A DNA stretch of 64,000 bases, taken from contig CM097885.1 in NCBI GenBank assembly GCA_044892525.1, forward strand, positions 69,130,001-69,194,000. Reading direction: 5' to 3'. Made by a program: the position numbers and the translations under genes. Under the pieces are notes generated by a model that made no database searches, was not told where the DNA came from, and worked only from the letters and a program-made list of their open reading frames with translations. Position 1 is the first letter of the stretch; the number at the start of each line of letters is the position of its first letter. Origin of the DNA: Schmidtea polychroa. Its lineage: Eukaryota. Positions 9,737 to 20,738 of this stretch are shown here, piece after piece.

Positions 9737-11746
9737 TTTAAAAAACAGTTTATTGTCATGACAGACGCCAGCGGGAAGGCCGTAGGGGCAGTCTTAGGAC
9801 AAGAAGAGGAAAAGGGTAAAGATTATGTAATAGCTTATGCAAGCAAAACATTAAAAGGAGCACAGATTAGGTACTCAACAATTGAGAAAGAACGTTATGC
9901 TATAGTTTTTGCATTAAAACAATTTAAACCATACATATATGGAACTGAAGTAGTAATTAGAACAGACCATAAGCCATTAGAAGGGTTATGGAAACATAAA
10001 GATACATCCAGTAGACTGTTAAAATGGGCAATGAAAATACAAGACATGCACATAAAGATTGCATACAAACCAGGTAGAATAAACAGGAATGCAGATGCAT
10101 TATCACGAATTCCAGAGTTAGGAGCACTAGAAGTTTTTGCATTAGTAACTGAAAAACCAATAGAAATATATGAGGAACAAATGAAAGATCCAGAACTCTT
10201 CAAGATAAGAGAAGAAATAAAAAAGGGAACTAACCAAAAATATAAAATCTGTAAGAAGTTAATTGTTATTGAGGATTTTAGCGGTAAACAATTAATAGTA
10301 GTACCACAAAGATTAAGACAAATTCTTCTATTACAATATCACGATGGTGCTTTAGGAGGTCATTTATCAAGTAGGAAAACAGCAAGCAGATTGATGCAAA
10401 AATATTATTGGGACGATTTGAAAAAGGATGCCAAGAGATGGTGTAATGCATGCACAATATGCGCAACTAGAAAAAATACAGGAACAAAAACTAAAGCACC
10501 TTTACATCCAATCCCAGCTACAACATCACCAATGGAATTGTGCGCAATGGATTTTTTGTGTAAACTACCCACAACAATTAAGGGGAATAAGCACATACTA
10601 GTTTTTAGCGATTATTTTACAAAATGGGCAGAGGCATTTCCTACAAAAGATGAAACAGCAGAAACAGTAGCTAAATTACTTGTGGAAAAAATAATCTTTA
10701 AAATCGGTACACCGAGAAAATTATTAACAGATAAAGGGAAAAATTTCATGAGTGAAACTATAAAAAGAGTAGCTAACATATTTAACATGCATAAAATCAA
10801 CACAACAGCATACCACCCTCAGACCGATGGTTTAGTAGAGAGGTTCAATGGGACATTGCTAAGTAGATTAGCTGTGTTTGTGGGAAAAAACCAAAATGAT
10901 TGGGATGAATACGTTAACCAATGTACATACATCCATAATATCACACCAAATGAGACAACGGGATATTCACCATATTTTCTAATGTTCTTAAGAGAGCCGG
11001 CGACACCGATTGATACAATTTTTGAGCCTCGAGTATCACAATATTTAGATGCGCCAGATTATGTAACATTAATGCAAGAGAGATTACAAGAGGTATACAA
11101 GGTTGCAAATTTAAAAGTTAAATTCAGACAAGAACAATATAAAGCAGATTACGATAAAAATAGCAAACCTCATAATTTTAAAGTGGGAGATAAGGTTAGA
11201 CTTATGTCTCCACAAGTAGGAAAAGGCAAAACAACTAAATTAGCAAGACCATTTAAAGGACCATACGAGGTAGTAAAAGTAATACATGAAAACCTGCATT
11301 TACAAAAACATAAAAATGAGGATCCTATAATAGTACATGTTAACAGATGCAAATTAGCAGAAACAGAGTTAGTAGAAAAACCACCTCACAAATATGGATT
11401 ACGATCGCAAAAAGCACTGATGATGGCAGCGACATTTTTAACAATTATAGGGTTGTGTAAATCAACTGAAGTGGAAAACGAAAACATACACTCAGTAGAA
11501 TACATGGCTGAAGATATTTTAATCAACATTTCACCATATAAAATTAGAGTATATAACTTAAATAAATCACCAATAAGAGACTTGTATCTGGAAACTAGGG
11601 ATAATATACCCAAACTTATGAAAAAAATTGAAAATAGATCAACTAATGAATTTGAAAGAGGGGATAATGTTGAATTCGGAAATCTACAACCCAACACTAA
11701 TTACACACTTTGTGCACAATGGAATACATTAGTTGACACATCATAG
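9608..11746 (+). CDS. Polyprotein part 2: RNase H, integrase (HHCC, DDE, GPY), then signal-like segment and FN3-like domain
   Basis: VMTDASGKAVGAVL, TDHKPL, NADALSR; H...GGH...CNACTIC; MDF, TDKGKNF, VERFNGTL; FKGPYEVV; YGLRS followed by ALMMAATFLTIIGLC and GNLQPNTNYTLC. Confidence 0.93.
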   Translation: MLIVQEINDKINKPQKKWKDEHQKAFDQLKEKLITAPILRYPDFKKQFIVMTDASGKAVGAVLGQEEEKGKDYVIAYASKTLKGAQIRYSTIEKERYAIVFALKQFKPYIYGTEVVIRTDHKPLEGLWKHKDTSSRLLKWAMKIQDMHIKIAYKPGRINRNADALSRIPELGALEVFALVTEKPIEIYEEQMKDPELFKIREEIKKGTNQKYKICKKLIVIEDFSGKQLIVVPQRLRQILLLQYHDGALGGHLSSRKTASRLMQKYYWDDLKKDAKRWCNACTICATRKNTGTKTKAPLHPIPATTSPMELCAMDFLCKLPTTIKGNKHILVFSDYFTKWAEAFPTKDETAETVAKLLVEKIIFKIGTPRKLLTDKGKNFMSETIKRVANIFNMHKINTTAYHPQTDGLVERFNGTLLSRLAVFVGKNQNDWDEYVNQCTYIHNITPNETTGYSPYFLMFLREPATPIDTIFEPRVSQYLDAPDYVTLMQERLQEVYKVANLKVKFRQEQYKADYDKNSKPHNFKVGDKVRLMSPQVGKGKTTKLARPFKGPYEVVKVIHENLHLQKHKNEDPIIVHVNRCKLAETELVEKPPHKYGLRSQKALMMAATFLTIIGLCKSTEVENENIHSVEYMAEDILINISPYKIRVYNLNKSPIRDLYLETRDNIPKLMKKIENRSTNEFERGDNVEFGNLQPNTNYTLCAQWNTLVDTS

Positions 11747-11941
11747 ATAAGGTGCAAAAGACTAAAAACTACTAAAATAAATAGACTTAGAATAAGAAAA
11801 CCAAAAAGAAAGAAGATATCAACAACCAGAAAAACAACTACTATAAATTCAACACCCACACATCCTATATCATAAACGATAACGAATATATATAGGAAAA
11901 CGACATTTAAAGCGGTTAGACAAATATATAAAAAATTAATA

Positions 11942-12250
11942 ATGAAAAATCCAAGACAGTCTGATAGGAAACTGATAAAATTACCTACAGGAAAACCGAT
12001 AGTTATAAATAACTGGAATGAATTACAAGTATTTCAAAAGAAAGCAAGCAAACCACAATGGCCTTTTTATATAATAGCTACAAGTGTAGTATCATTCGCG
12101 ATTTTAGCAATTGTCACTAGTGTACAAGTTTATAAAAAGTACAAGTGGAAAAGGCAGCGGTATCGGCACCGACTGGTCAAAGAAGCACCAGGGCATTTTC
12201 ACTTGGACAAATATATCCCTGGACAATATACTCTGTCCACACTGGTATAA
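11942..12250 (+). CDS. Transmembrane-domain ORF in the integrase frame; probable C-terminus of a second membrane protein
   Basis: WPFYIIATSVVSFAILAIVTSVQVY followed by basic KKYKWKRQR. Same frame as 9608-11746, separated by only two stops (TAG 11744-11746, TAA 11873-11875). Confidence 0.6.
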   Translation: MKNPRQSDRKLIKLPTGKPIVINNWNELQVFQKKASKPQWPFYIIATSVVSFAILAIVTSVQVYKKYKWKRQRYRHRLVKEAPGHFHLDKYIPGQYTLSTLV

Positions 12251-12284
12251 TAACTTAAAAAATTTTAATTACATAAATTGGTCA

Positions 12285-14441
12285 ATGATATATAATAAAA
12301 GTATATATATTAATATTTATATAACTGCGTATAAGGTTAAACCTCAAATGCGCAACAAGCATAAATATTTATTATTTGTTTTTAGAATAGTAATAAGAAG
12401 TTTATCGAATCAATTCAGTCAAATCAATCCCCAAATAAATCAGTCTAATCAAATCGATCCTCCAATAACCCAAAATCAAATCAGCCAATCTAATCAATCC
12501 AATCGTCTTCATTCAAACAAATCAATGCACCCACATACGTCAGTTCACATGCATTCTCAAAGAGCAAAACCTCAGCGAAATCCTGAAACTCAGAAAATAA
12601 GGCAATACGTGCCGATGTTACAGAAACACTACCACAGTTTCTATAAAAACCTGCAAAATAAGATCAGTACAGATGGTACTCCCATTACTATTAGAAGTTT
12701 CCCCAACCAAGTATGCATTCCTAATGATATGAAAATTGAGATAGAAGAAAGGGAATTGCATCTCATCAAATTCAACGAAGCAAGAAGAGTCAAATTAAGA
12801 GAATTAATCGGAGCGTATGACAAATTCCCCAATGCAGAGGAGGCTGCAAGAGCTGGAAAGAAAGTGCCCCATAGAATTTTATTTCACATCACAAAAACAG
12901 AGGTAGCAATATGCCAACAAAGGATACCATTAATCACCACGAGCAATTGCACCATAACAATAAAAACTACAAAAAATGATCGGAGTGTCCCAAACGACTA
13001 CAATGAATTGATAGTCCAAATGAACAGCCTACCCTGTGTCATAGCGATCGAAATATTATACATACCCACGATCCCAAATCCATTTCAGCAGTTGGAACTC
13101 ATTAAATCAAACATTTATATGCATGGAGATTTCATCAGAAGAAAAATGTCATTTACCCACAAAGAATTATCCACGGCGGAGAGACATCATCTGATAATGT
13201 TTGTAGATGCAAAATTAGTATGCGACATCAACAATAACTTAAGGCCAGTAGAGGTCAGCATACGGAATTTTAAGGGTGTAACAATATTTGATGAGAAAAT
13301 TACACCTAGAACGAAAATCCTACATTATTATCCAGAGAAGACAAAGGCCAATAAGGAAAATATCATCGGGAATAAAGATGAATACGAAGCACTGGTCGAA
13401 ATCCAACAGTTACTTTGCGGAAAAATAGTCGTAGGATTCGACATCATTGGAAAACTCAAAGCTCTCACATTAGATCTCTATAATGTTATGGGAGTTAGAG
13501 AAATGTCGGAAGATATATTTATGTGCTCGTACGTCAAAAACGTTGCGCCACACAAGATAAAATTGTCCAACCTGGCATACCAGGTAATCAGACATCACAA
13601 AAGGTGGGACAAAGATAAACGCATAAATAGAATGCTGCGTGAACCCGAACCATTTCCAGCATGGCAAACCACGATGATCGTCAAAGTGATATATGCAATT
13701 GTAGAAAATCAATGGGAAGAAGTTGTTAAATGGGACTCAGAAGCCTTCAGTGAACAACAAATAAAAGATCAGTTATATCCCATTAAAGAAAGTAGTCTGG
13801 AGGATATGTCGGGCGATGAAGAAGACATTTATATAGAACCATCGCAAATCGAATTGAAATTTAATAAAGACGGGACACGCAGGACTTTCGAAAATGAATT
13901 AATGGAAAGCGATGACGACGTAATATTCATCGAAGAGGAGAAAATACGAATGCCTGAAGCAACAGTCAAACTGGAATTACAGGAACCAAAATTCCATCCA
14001 GGAAAACTAATGGAATGCGACCTCGACTCTGATGAGGAATACTTCTCAATCAACGAGCAAGAGGAGGAAAATACGGATATAGACGAATTGGGACCGGAAC
14101 CAGATATCGCAATCGAGGAGGAACCCAATTTTATCATACCCAAGGAGAAGGAGCAGATTACAGAAAAGGAATTGACCCGACATTTTGGAAGGCGTATAAA
14201 TGATGGCGACACATTAAATCTCGCATTGGCAAAAGGCTTCAGCAAAACGAGAATGCTGATAAAAGATAATGAAATCGAGCTGGTACGTAGTGAAAGAGAT
14301 AATGCGGACATTATCTTAACGGCCCAGGGAGGAATGTTAGATGATGAGGGTAGGCCCATCACTACATTTAGCTTAAATAAATATTATAATACTGGGCCCA
14401 AAAAATATAGAATCAATGTGTGCGCTGAAGAGCGTAGGTAA
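12285..14441 (+). CDS. Accessory ORF with a REX4/ISG20-like DEDDh exonuclease fold (about 13190-13700, catalytic residues degenerate) and acidic tail; start uncertain (first ATG 12285)
   Basis: FVDAKLV...VEVSIRNFKGVTIFDEKITP...IQQLLCGKIVVGFDIIGKLKAL...KIKLSNLAYQVI is colinear with the REX4/ISG20 consensus. The last 107 nt lie inside the 3' LTR. Confidence 0.72.
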   Translation: MIYNKSIYINIYITAYKVKPQMRNKHKYLLFVFRIVIRSLSNQFSQINPQINQSNQIDPPITQNQISQSNQSNRLHSNKSMHPHTSVHMHSQRAKPQRNPETQKIRQYVPMLQKHYHSFYKNLQNKISTDGTPITIRSFPNQVCIPNDMKIEIEERELHLIKFNEARRVKLRELIGAYDKFPNAEEAARAGKKVPHRILFHITKTEVAICQQRIPLITTSNCTITIKTTKNDRSVPNDYNELIVQMNSLPCVIAIEILYIPTIPNPFQQLELIKSNIYMHGDFIRRKMSFTHKELSTAERHHLIMFVDAKLVCDINNNLRPVEVSIRNFKGVTIFDEKITPRTKILHYYPEKTKANKENIIGNKDEYEALVEIQQLLCGKIVVGFDIIGKLKALTLDLYNVMGVREMSEDIFMCSYVKNVAPHKIKLSNLAYQVIRHHKRWDKDKRINRMLREPEPFPAWQTTMIVKVIYAIVENQWEEVVKWDSEAFSEQQIKDQLYPIKESSLEDMSGDEEDIYIEPSQIELKFNKDGTRRTFENELMESDDDVIFIEEEKIRMPEATVKLELQEPKFHPGKLMECDLDSDEEYFSINEQEEENTDIDELGPEPDIAIEEEPNFIIPKEKEQITEKELTRHFGRRINDGDTLNLALAKGFSKTRMLIKDNEIELVRSERDNADIILTAQGGMLDDEGRPITTFSLNKYYNTGPKKYRINVCAEERR
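14326..14334 (+). promoter_or_regulatory. Polypurine tract AGGGAGGAA
   Basis: All-purine run directly abutting the TG of the 3' LTR. Confidence 0.75.
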
Positions 14442-15444
14442 ATCAAATAGCCCAATTCCCCAACAATCCAATGCATCAAATAGCAACCAACAATTCAATT
14501 CCTCAATCAAATTCATCAAATGATGACAATAACTTCTGTGTGATGAATTAACATTGACCTATTCATTTTTCATTTTGTAGTATATCTTATTGACATTATT
14601 CTATGTGCCCTATTTATTTTATTTGTGTGACATTTTGTGTGTTTCTAACTTTATTTTTATTTTTATTTGTAATTGTATCGGTAAACACAAAAAAATAAAT
14701 ATATATATATAAAGGGTAAATTTATTAGTTTTATAAAAGAACAATTAAAATTATTAAAAAAAAAATTATTAATATGAAAATTAATTAGTTCTACAAAATA
14801 ATAATTATAAAACATCTGTTAAAAGAAAATTCTTTTTTTTAAGCATAAGAACACTTGAAATATAAAAATAATAATTTAAGTGTTTTAAATAAATCCATTG
14901 AGTACACATATAAAAATAATAACAAATTATTCTTGAAAATAATAACTCTTGATAATAGAAAATAATAATAAATTATTTTAAGTATTCTTGAAAATAATAA
15001 ATCTTGATTTTATAATAATAGAAAATAATAATAAATTATTTTAAGTATTCTTGAAAATAATAACTCTTGATTTTATGTCTAAAAAATTAATATAAATAGC
15101 GATACAAAATTCATTTTGTTCGCCCAAAAATAGCGCAACGATTTTATATTCGAAGGTAAATCCTGAGGATAATTCAATCATTTGAATCAGCACAAAACGA
15201 TTCACAAATAGTAAAAGCTTACGAAGACACAACACGCACACACAACAAATAACAATAAACATACTTTCTTTTGCACGCATTTCAGTTGGAGAATTTAACA
15301 AACGAGTATCGATTGTTCAGAATTGTAATTGGATTATATTTGGTAAATTTTACTTTCAATAAACCTTTATATACGTCTTTATTTGTTTTGTTATATATAT
15401 AAGAACCAGTAAGTTGAGTGTTCCCGAATATCGAGACCTCAACA
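14335..15444 (+). repeat. 3' LTR
   Basis: Direct repeat of 1400-2509; followed by ATTA. Confidence 0.97.
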
Positions 15445-15448
15445 ATTA

Positions 15449-16625
15449 TATGCGATTTGAGTGTCATTGAAGGACAAATGCTTAATGTGCAGTAGGAAGG
15501 TCATTCATTTAGAAGTTGTAATTTGTTTGCAAAATGAAGAAGTAATATTCAAAGACCGGAAGAAGAGTCTATTATATACACGAAGAAGACGACGATAGAT
15601 CAGAAGAATTGATAGAACCAGTCATGTATAATGTTTAAAGAGAAAAAACCAAGAAGACCTGATGTTTACATTTCGTCAGTAGGGTCGAGACAGTAGATGA
15701 GTATAAACAACGAAATGTTGTAATAAAGGATGTGATGTTTAAGAAGGATGATGATAGGAAGTAGAGTGAGATGGAAATAAATGAATTTTATATTAAAATG
15801 ATATGGGATTCAGGAGCTTCAATCAGTGTGACGAGTGAAAAATGTTGGAGATTGATTGGCAGTTCAACATTGATGGAAAGCAGAGTACGGTTGAGTCGAG
15901 TATTTTCAAAAGAAGACGAGAAACCTCTCGGAAGCGTAAATATCGTTGCAAAATGGAACAACAAATGTCGAGAATTGAATGTTATTATTGTCAGAAAAAT
16001 TCATCCAGATTTCATAGGAAGGGTAGACACCATGAGCATATTTGACATGGAGCTTAAAGAAGTCAATAATATTGATGCCGCATTGGTTACTAAGAGATTT
16101 ACAAATTCTGATCGGTTAGAGTTTGCGTTATCGAAGCTCAAGTTGGACAGGAATTCGAAGTTGGGTACTTTAATATCTAAGTTTAGCAACATTTTTATGG
16201 TATCCAGTTTTGACTTTGGTCATACAAAAGTAATAACACATGAAATAACGACTTCAGGTACTCCGATTTTACAAAATCCCAGAAGACAAGCCATACATTT
16301 AGAAAGCAAAATTGAAGAGTTAGTAGAGAATTTATTAGAAGCTGGAGTTGTGAGAAAATGTCAAAGTCCGTGGAACACACCACTTGTGATAGTTGGAAAA
16401 CCAGATGGTTCTATAAGAATGTGTTTAGATTTTAGGTTATTGAATTCAGTGACAGAAAAGTTTTCATTTCCGATGCCAGGCATGCCGTTGTTATTGGATT
16501 GTCTCGGTAAGTCAAAAATATTTTCATCAATTGATTTAGGTCAGGCCAATTATCAGGTAGAGTTGCATGAAAATTCCCAAACCAAGACGGCATTTAGTAC
16601 AAAAGAGGGACAGTTCTGTTTTATT
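15449..16625 (+). pseudogene. Host gypsy gag end, protease and truncated RT
   Basis: Degenerate second knuckle (CLMCSR..GHSFRSC, frameshifted), IWDSGASIS protease motif, RT N-terminus (SPWNTPLV, MCLDFRLLN, SIDLGQANYQV, TAFST); breaks off before YxDD. Confidence 0.88.
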
Positions 16626-16969
16626 TATTACGTTGGATATAATAAATATACTTTATTTGTTAATTGTTATTATGATTTGTGAAGAAATATATATGAAAGT
16701 TTTCCCACTTGCAACCCACCAGTATTTACATTTTATGTATCCATTAAAACTAAATCAGTAATAAAGTTTCATTTCAAAACGATCCAAAAATTACTGAGTT
16801 TTTAATTCAGTATTATTGAAAAAAACATTCCATATTTTGAGACGTTTGAGAAAAAAAACTCTATTATTAAAATCTGAAACATTGAATGTTTTTAAAATTA
16901 TTAAATATTAACAAGCGATCTGCCATATTATAGTTACCATTATAGTTACCAGCCAAAGAGTTGCACCAG

Positions 16970-18228
16970 TCAAAATGTTATACTTTTCAAATCACGCAAA
17001 AACTCGTGTGCCATCAGCATTTCTAATGTCCATCTCGTTTCAATATCTGCAATTAAACATTTTGAAATAAAATCGTTTAATTGGCTCGGAATTCTTTCGG
17101 GAGAGATGTAAGGTATTTGCTTGTTGGTAGTAATATTGTAAATGACTTCTAATGGTGACTTTCTCGCAAATGGCATTTCACCTTGATGACCAACTTATTA
17201 TAATCGATACAGCGAATATCTTTACCTGTTACCAACTCAACTAGAATAGCACCGAGTGACCAAATATCCGATTTTGAACTAGTCATCTGACTATTAAATA
17301 TTTCCGGTGCCATAAAATTGCACGTTCCTGGTTTTGAAAATACGAATCCACTTTCCAATGCTGATGAAGTTGCTCCTGATATAAACTTAGACAAATCGAA
17401 TCCAGAAATCTTAATGTCCTTATTATCATTGAGTAAAATATTCGATGCTATCATTAGTTAACACGCGTAAACGGACTCATTTTTATCTTACTTTTCAAAT
17501 CACAGTGAATAATTTGATTAGAATGCAAATATGTTAAACCTTCTATAATTTGTCCAGTCCATTTATAAATCAATGTAACAGAAATCGGATGGTTTTTTAA
17601 TAAATACTCACGGAGGGATCCCTTAATAAATATAAAAAATTAGCACGTTGAATTGTAATGTCTACTTCTCTCATGAATTCCATTGCCACGTAAAATGATG
17701 ATTCTTCCTTATAAAAAGAAATGAAATTAACAATTCTGGGATGTTTCCGTAATCGAGCATATACAAATAGTTTTCTCCATAGAGGTTTATAAGAAAATTT
17801 AACTTGTTCATATTTTTTAATTGCGAGAGCTCTATCATTTGCTTCGTCATTTGCCATAAAGACCTTTGAATAAATACCTTCGGAAATCTGATTACCCAGT
17901 TTTATTTGATTACCCAATCTTATTAACAAGTTTTAAACATTCTTAAATAGTAATTAAATACTCTGATATCCAAATATAAGCTATATGAGACGTGGGCTCT
18001 ATGTTATAATCTTTCATTAATTTTTCATCTTCCAAAAAAATAACATTTTGATAATAAGCCTTTTGCACAATATTTTCATCATTACAGAACAATGCAAAAG
18101 AATCACAGTTTATTTTCAAAGTTTGTGCTATTCTTTCTTTAAAATTTTGTACTTTTTCTAACTTCGAATATAAAACATTATTCCTTTGACCTTTTGCTAA
18201 AATTGGATACACAGAAACTGAATACAGC
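16970..18228 (-). CDS. Ubiquitin-like domain plus STE/MAP3K-like protein kinase (probable pseudokinase), copy 1; first exon not resolved
   Basis: Ubl motif (FKERIAQTL...LEDEKLMKDYNI), ALAIKKY, HCDLKTSNILL, KISGFD, GTCNFMAPE, SDIWSLG. Introns 17919-17961 (43 nt), 17622-17665 (44), 17448-17491 (44) and a 44-nt intron after ELVTG keep the frame. Confidence 0.85.
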
Positions 18229-20069
18229 CTGAAAAAATAATAATTTTACTAATTATAATTAAAGTTATAATTAAAGTTTAAGATAACAAATACACTCTTC
18301 TATAACAGAATTAATTCGATAAGTAAAATTTTCAAGTAATAAAAACCAGAAGGAAATGTTCCTGGTAAAAAGATATAAAATACTTCATACTAAAATTGAT
18401 ATTCAGCAGCATGAAATTTTACAAAGGTATTAGGCCAAAACTAGAATACATTTCAGGGTGCTTGCGCAAATGATAAAAATAATTAAACGAACATAGAATT
18501 AATAAAAGAATTAATATAGAACACACAAAATAATTTAGGTCACCACTTAAATAACAAAGTCATAAATAAAAAAAATTTCTGAGTTCAACTAACAGAAAAC
18601 TTTTTAACCTCAGCTTGAGTCTAAGACAAATTTTGCAAGGACTTTATTTCAAAAACAAAAATGGAGCGAAGTTTGTAAAAAATTATTTTTATATGACTCA
18701 CAACTCATTACTTCACATAAACTTCGTGTTTTCAAATGTTTAAAATGCTAATTTATAGAACAGAAAATTCTAAGAATATTGTTCAATGAGAGTGAAACAG
18801 TAGATTGCATGGTTCTCTCTTTATTTCGATTTAAAAAGTATATTTTGAAAGTACTTTTTAAATAAAAATTACGATAAAAACAAAAAACAATTGATCACAA
18901 AAAGTCAATATTTATGAGATTCTAAATATAAATTCATTTTTCTAGGACAAACTGTTCTACATATTGCTTGGTTTTATAATTATTTTGGGAGGATTTGAAT
19001 TTGCACTGACTCCGCGCGTTCTTTTGATCAAAATAACTCAGGACCCAACAAATAACAAGGTTTATCTCAAATTACAAATTGCACACCATATCGATATACG
19101 CCGGCTATATTTGTATAAGTTTACAAAGGAAAAATACTCAAGAAATATTTGAAACGGCTGAACAGTCATTTTTCTTTAACATAATCTTTATAATTTTATT
19201 TAAAAATAATTCTTCTTTTACTCTTTATATGATTTCTGATCTCTGAGTTGTGGTTTCTCTATATTTTTTTAGGTAATCTATAATTTCTGGCACTAATCTA
19301 ATTTTCGTTTCTGCTTTTATACCGTTTGGTATAGAAGCCAATTATCGGCTAAATCCAAAAAATCGATATTGTTAGGTGTTTTCAGCCGAGAATTAAATAT
19401 TTCAATGATTTATTAAGATAATTTTAAATGATAAATAATTGACTATTAAAATAACTTTTAAAATAATTTTTAAAATTTTAAGATTGAAAAATTAAACAAG
19501 CTTTTTATTAGTAAATCATTTTTAAATAAATGTATTTTAAATATCGAAATTTTAATAAATGGTTTTGAAAATATTTTATTCAACGCTGAAAATTTGTTTA
19601 AAAATTATACAATATTTCATTAAAAAAATACTTGGAATTATAACGTTAACTTTTGAACCGAATTTAAAAAATAATTTAAAAGATGTGTTAGCTGCATCTA
19701 ATAGATATAATTTATTCAATGATACCGATTCATTAGAGCCTTTAATTATCAATCTGAATTAACTGGTAATCTCCCAACAGTAGTTCCAGAGCTCCATAAA
19801 AATTAAATTATCCACTATTTAGCTTCAATCTGAAAGACCACCAATGCACCTGCCAATATTTTGATTTTTTTATTAGAAATCGAAGCCGAATATCCTTGCT
19901 CTATCATACAGTAGTCCGATGGCTCAGTACTGGCAAAGTTTTATTGAGATTTTTTGAACTCAGAGAAGTAATAAAACCTTTTTTCTAAATGAGAAAAACT
20001 GCCAAACGCCACTATTATTAAACAATGAATTGTTATGAAAAATATCATTAGCTATAGACCCCAAAGAAT

Positions 20070-20650
20070 TGTTCACTAATTGAATTTAAAATATAAAGGA
20101 AAAACTGTGCTCATATGTGAAACGTGTTCTATCGTAAATGCATATTACATTAAACAAGTTTGAACATTGTTGTAAGAATTTTCATATATTAGCGAAGTCC
20201 TCATTTCCAAAATAATTTCACCACGGATATAGTTTCTGAACTTAAACTAGTTACAACAACGTTTTTCGGATCTTAAAGCAAATGCAAAAGACATTTACAT
20301 ATTTCAAAATCCATTTGACTGTATAATTGAGGAGCTTCTGTCAGACCTAGAAGGGATTGATTTACAAAAGGATAATATGTTAACAATAAAATTTAAAGAA
20401 ATGGATTTGTCTCAATTCTATAAATATCTCACAGAAGATAAATACAGTTAACGAAAATCTTATGTACAAGGATTTATATCTACATTTTGGAGTACTTACT
20501 AATGTTAAAGGAAATTTTCAAAAAAGAATTATGTAAAATGGTAATATAGATTATTATTAATAGATGACCATTTGCAAGCTTTAATGATAGAAAATAATAA
20601 CTTGGAATTTTAGTATGAAATATTATTTAAGAAAAAACAATTACAGAAAT
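20070..20650 (+). pseudogene. hAT (SPIN/Charlie, GTF2IRD2-like) transposase C-terminal relic
   Basis: QRFSDL...FQNPF...IDLQ...FYKYL...TFWSTY*C*RKFS...DDHLQALM with multiple stops. Confidence 0.75.
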
Positions 20651-20738
20651 CGTATTATTACAAAATCTACTTTTTTCTATAATACATTTATTAATAAATG
20701 GAAATATTTTATTCGTTTTTTTATGTGTCAGGACAATG

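Larger units (their letters stand above)
1400..15444 (+). mobile_element. Full-length env-bearing Ty3/gypsy-type LTR retroelement (endogenous retrovirus-like) with accessory genes
   Basis: Two 1110-bp direct repeats with TG...CA ends, 4-bp TSD ATTA (1396-1399, 15445-15448), PBS, PPT, and pol order PR-RT-RH-IN. Confidence 0.97.
418..16688 (+). mobile_element. Decayed Ty3/gypsy LTR retrotransposon (host element), interrupted by the insertion at 1400-15444
   Basis: Gag-like ORF upstream of the insertion and protease-RT fragment downstream. Joining across the ATTA TSD rebuilds a CCHC-type knuckle (CFCCGQSD-Y-MRFEC). An identical 45-bp segment at 418-462 and 16644-16688 is a probable LTR (R/U5) remnant. 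Confidence 0.8.

Noticed and set aside
3370-14362. Many minus-strand ORFs within the large retroelement
   Set aside because: Antisense shadows of long sense ORFs; no independent motifs.
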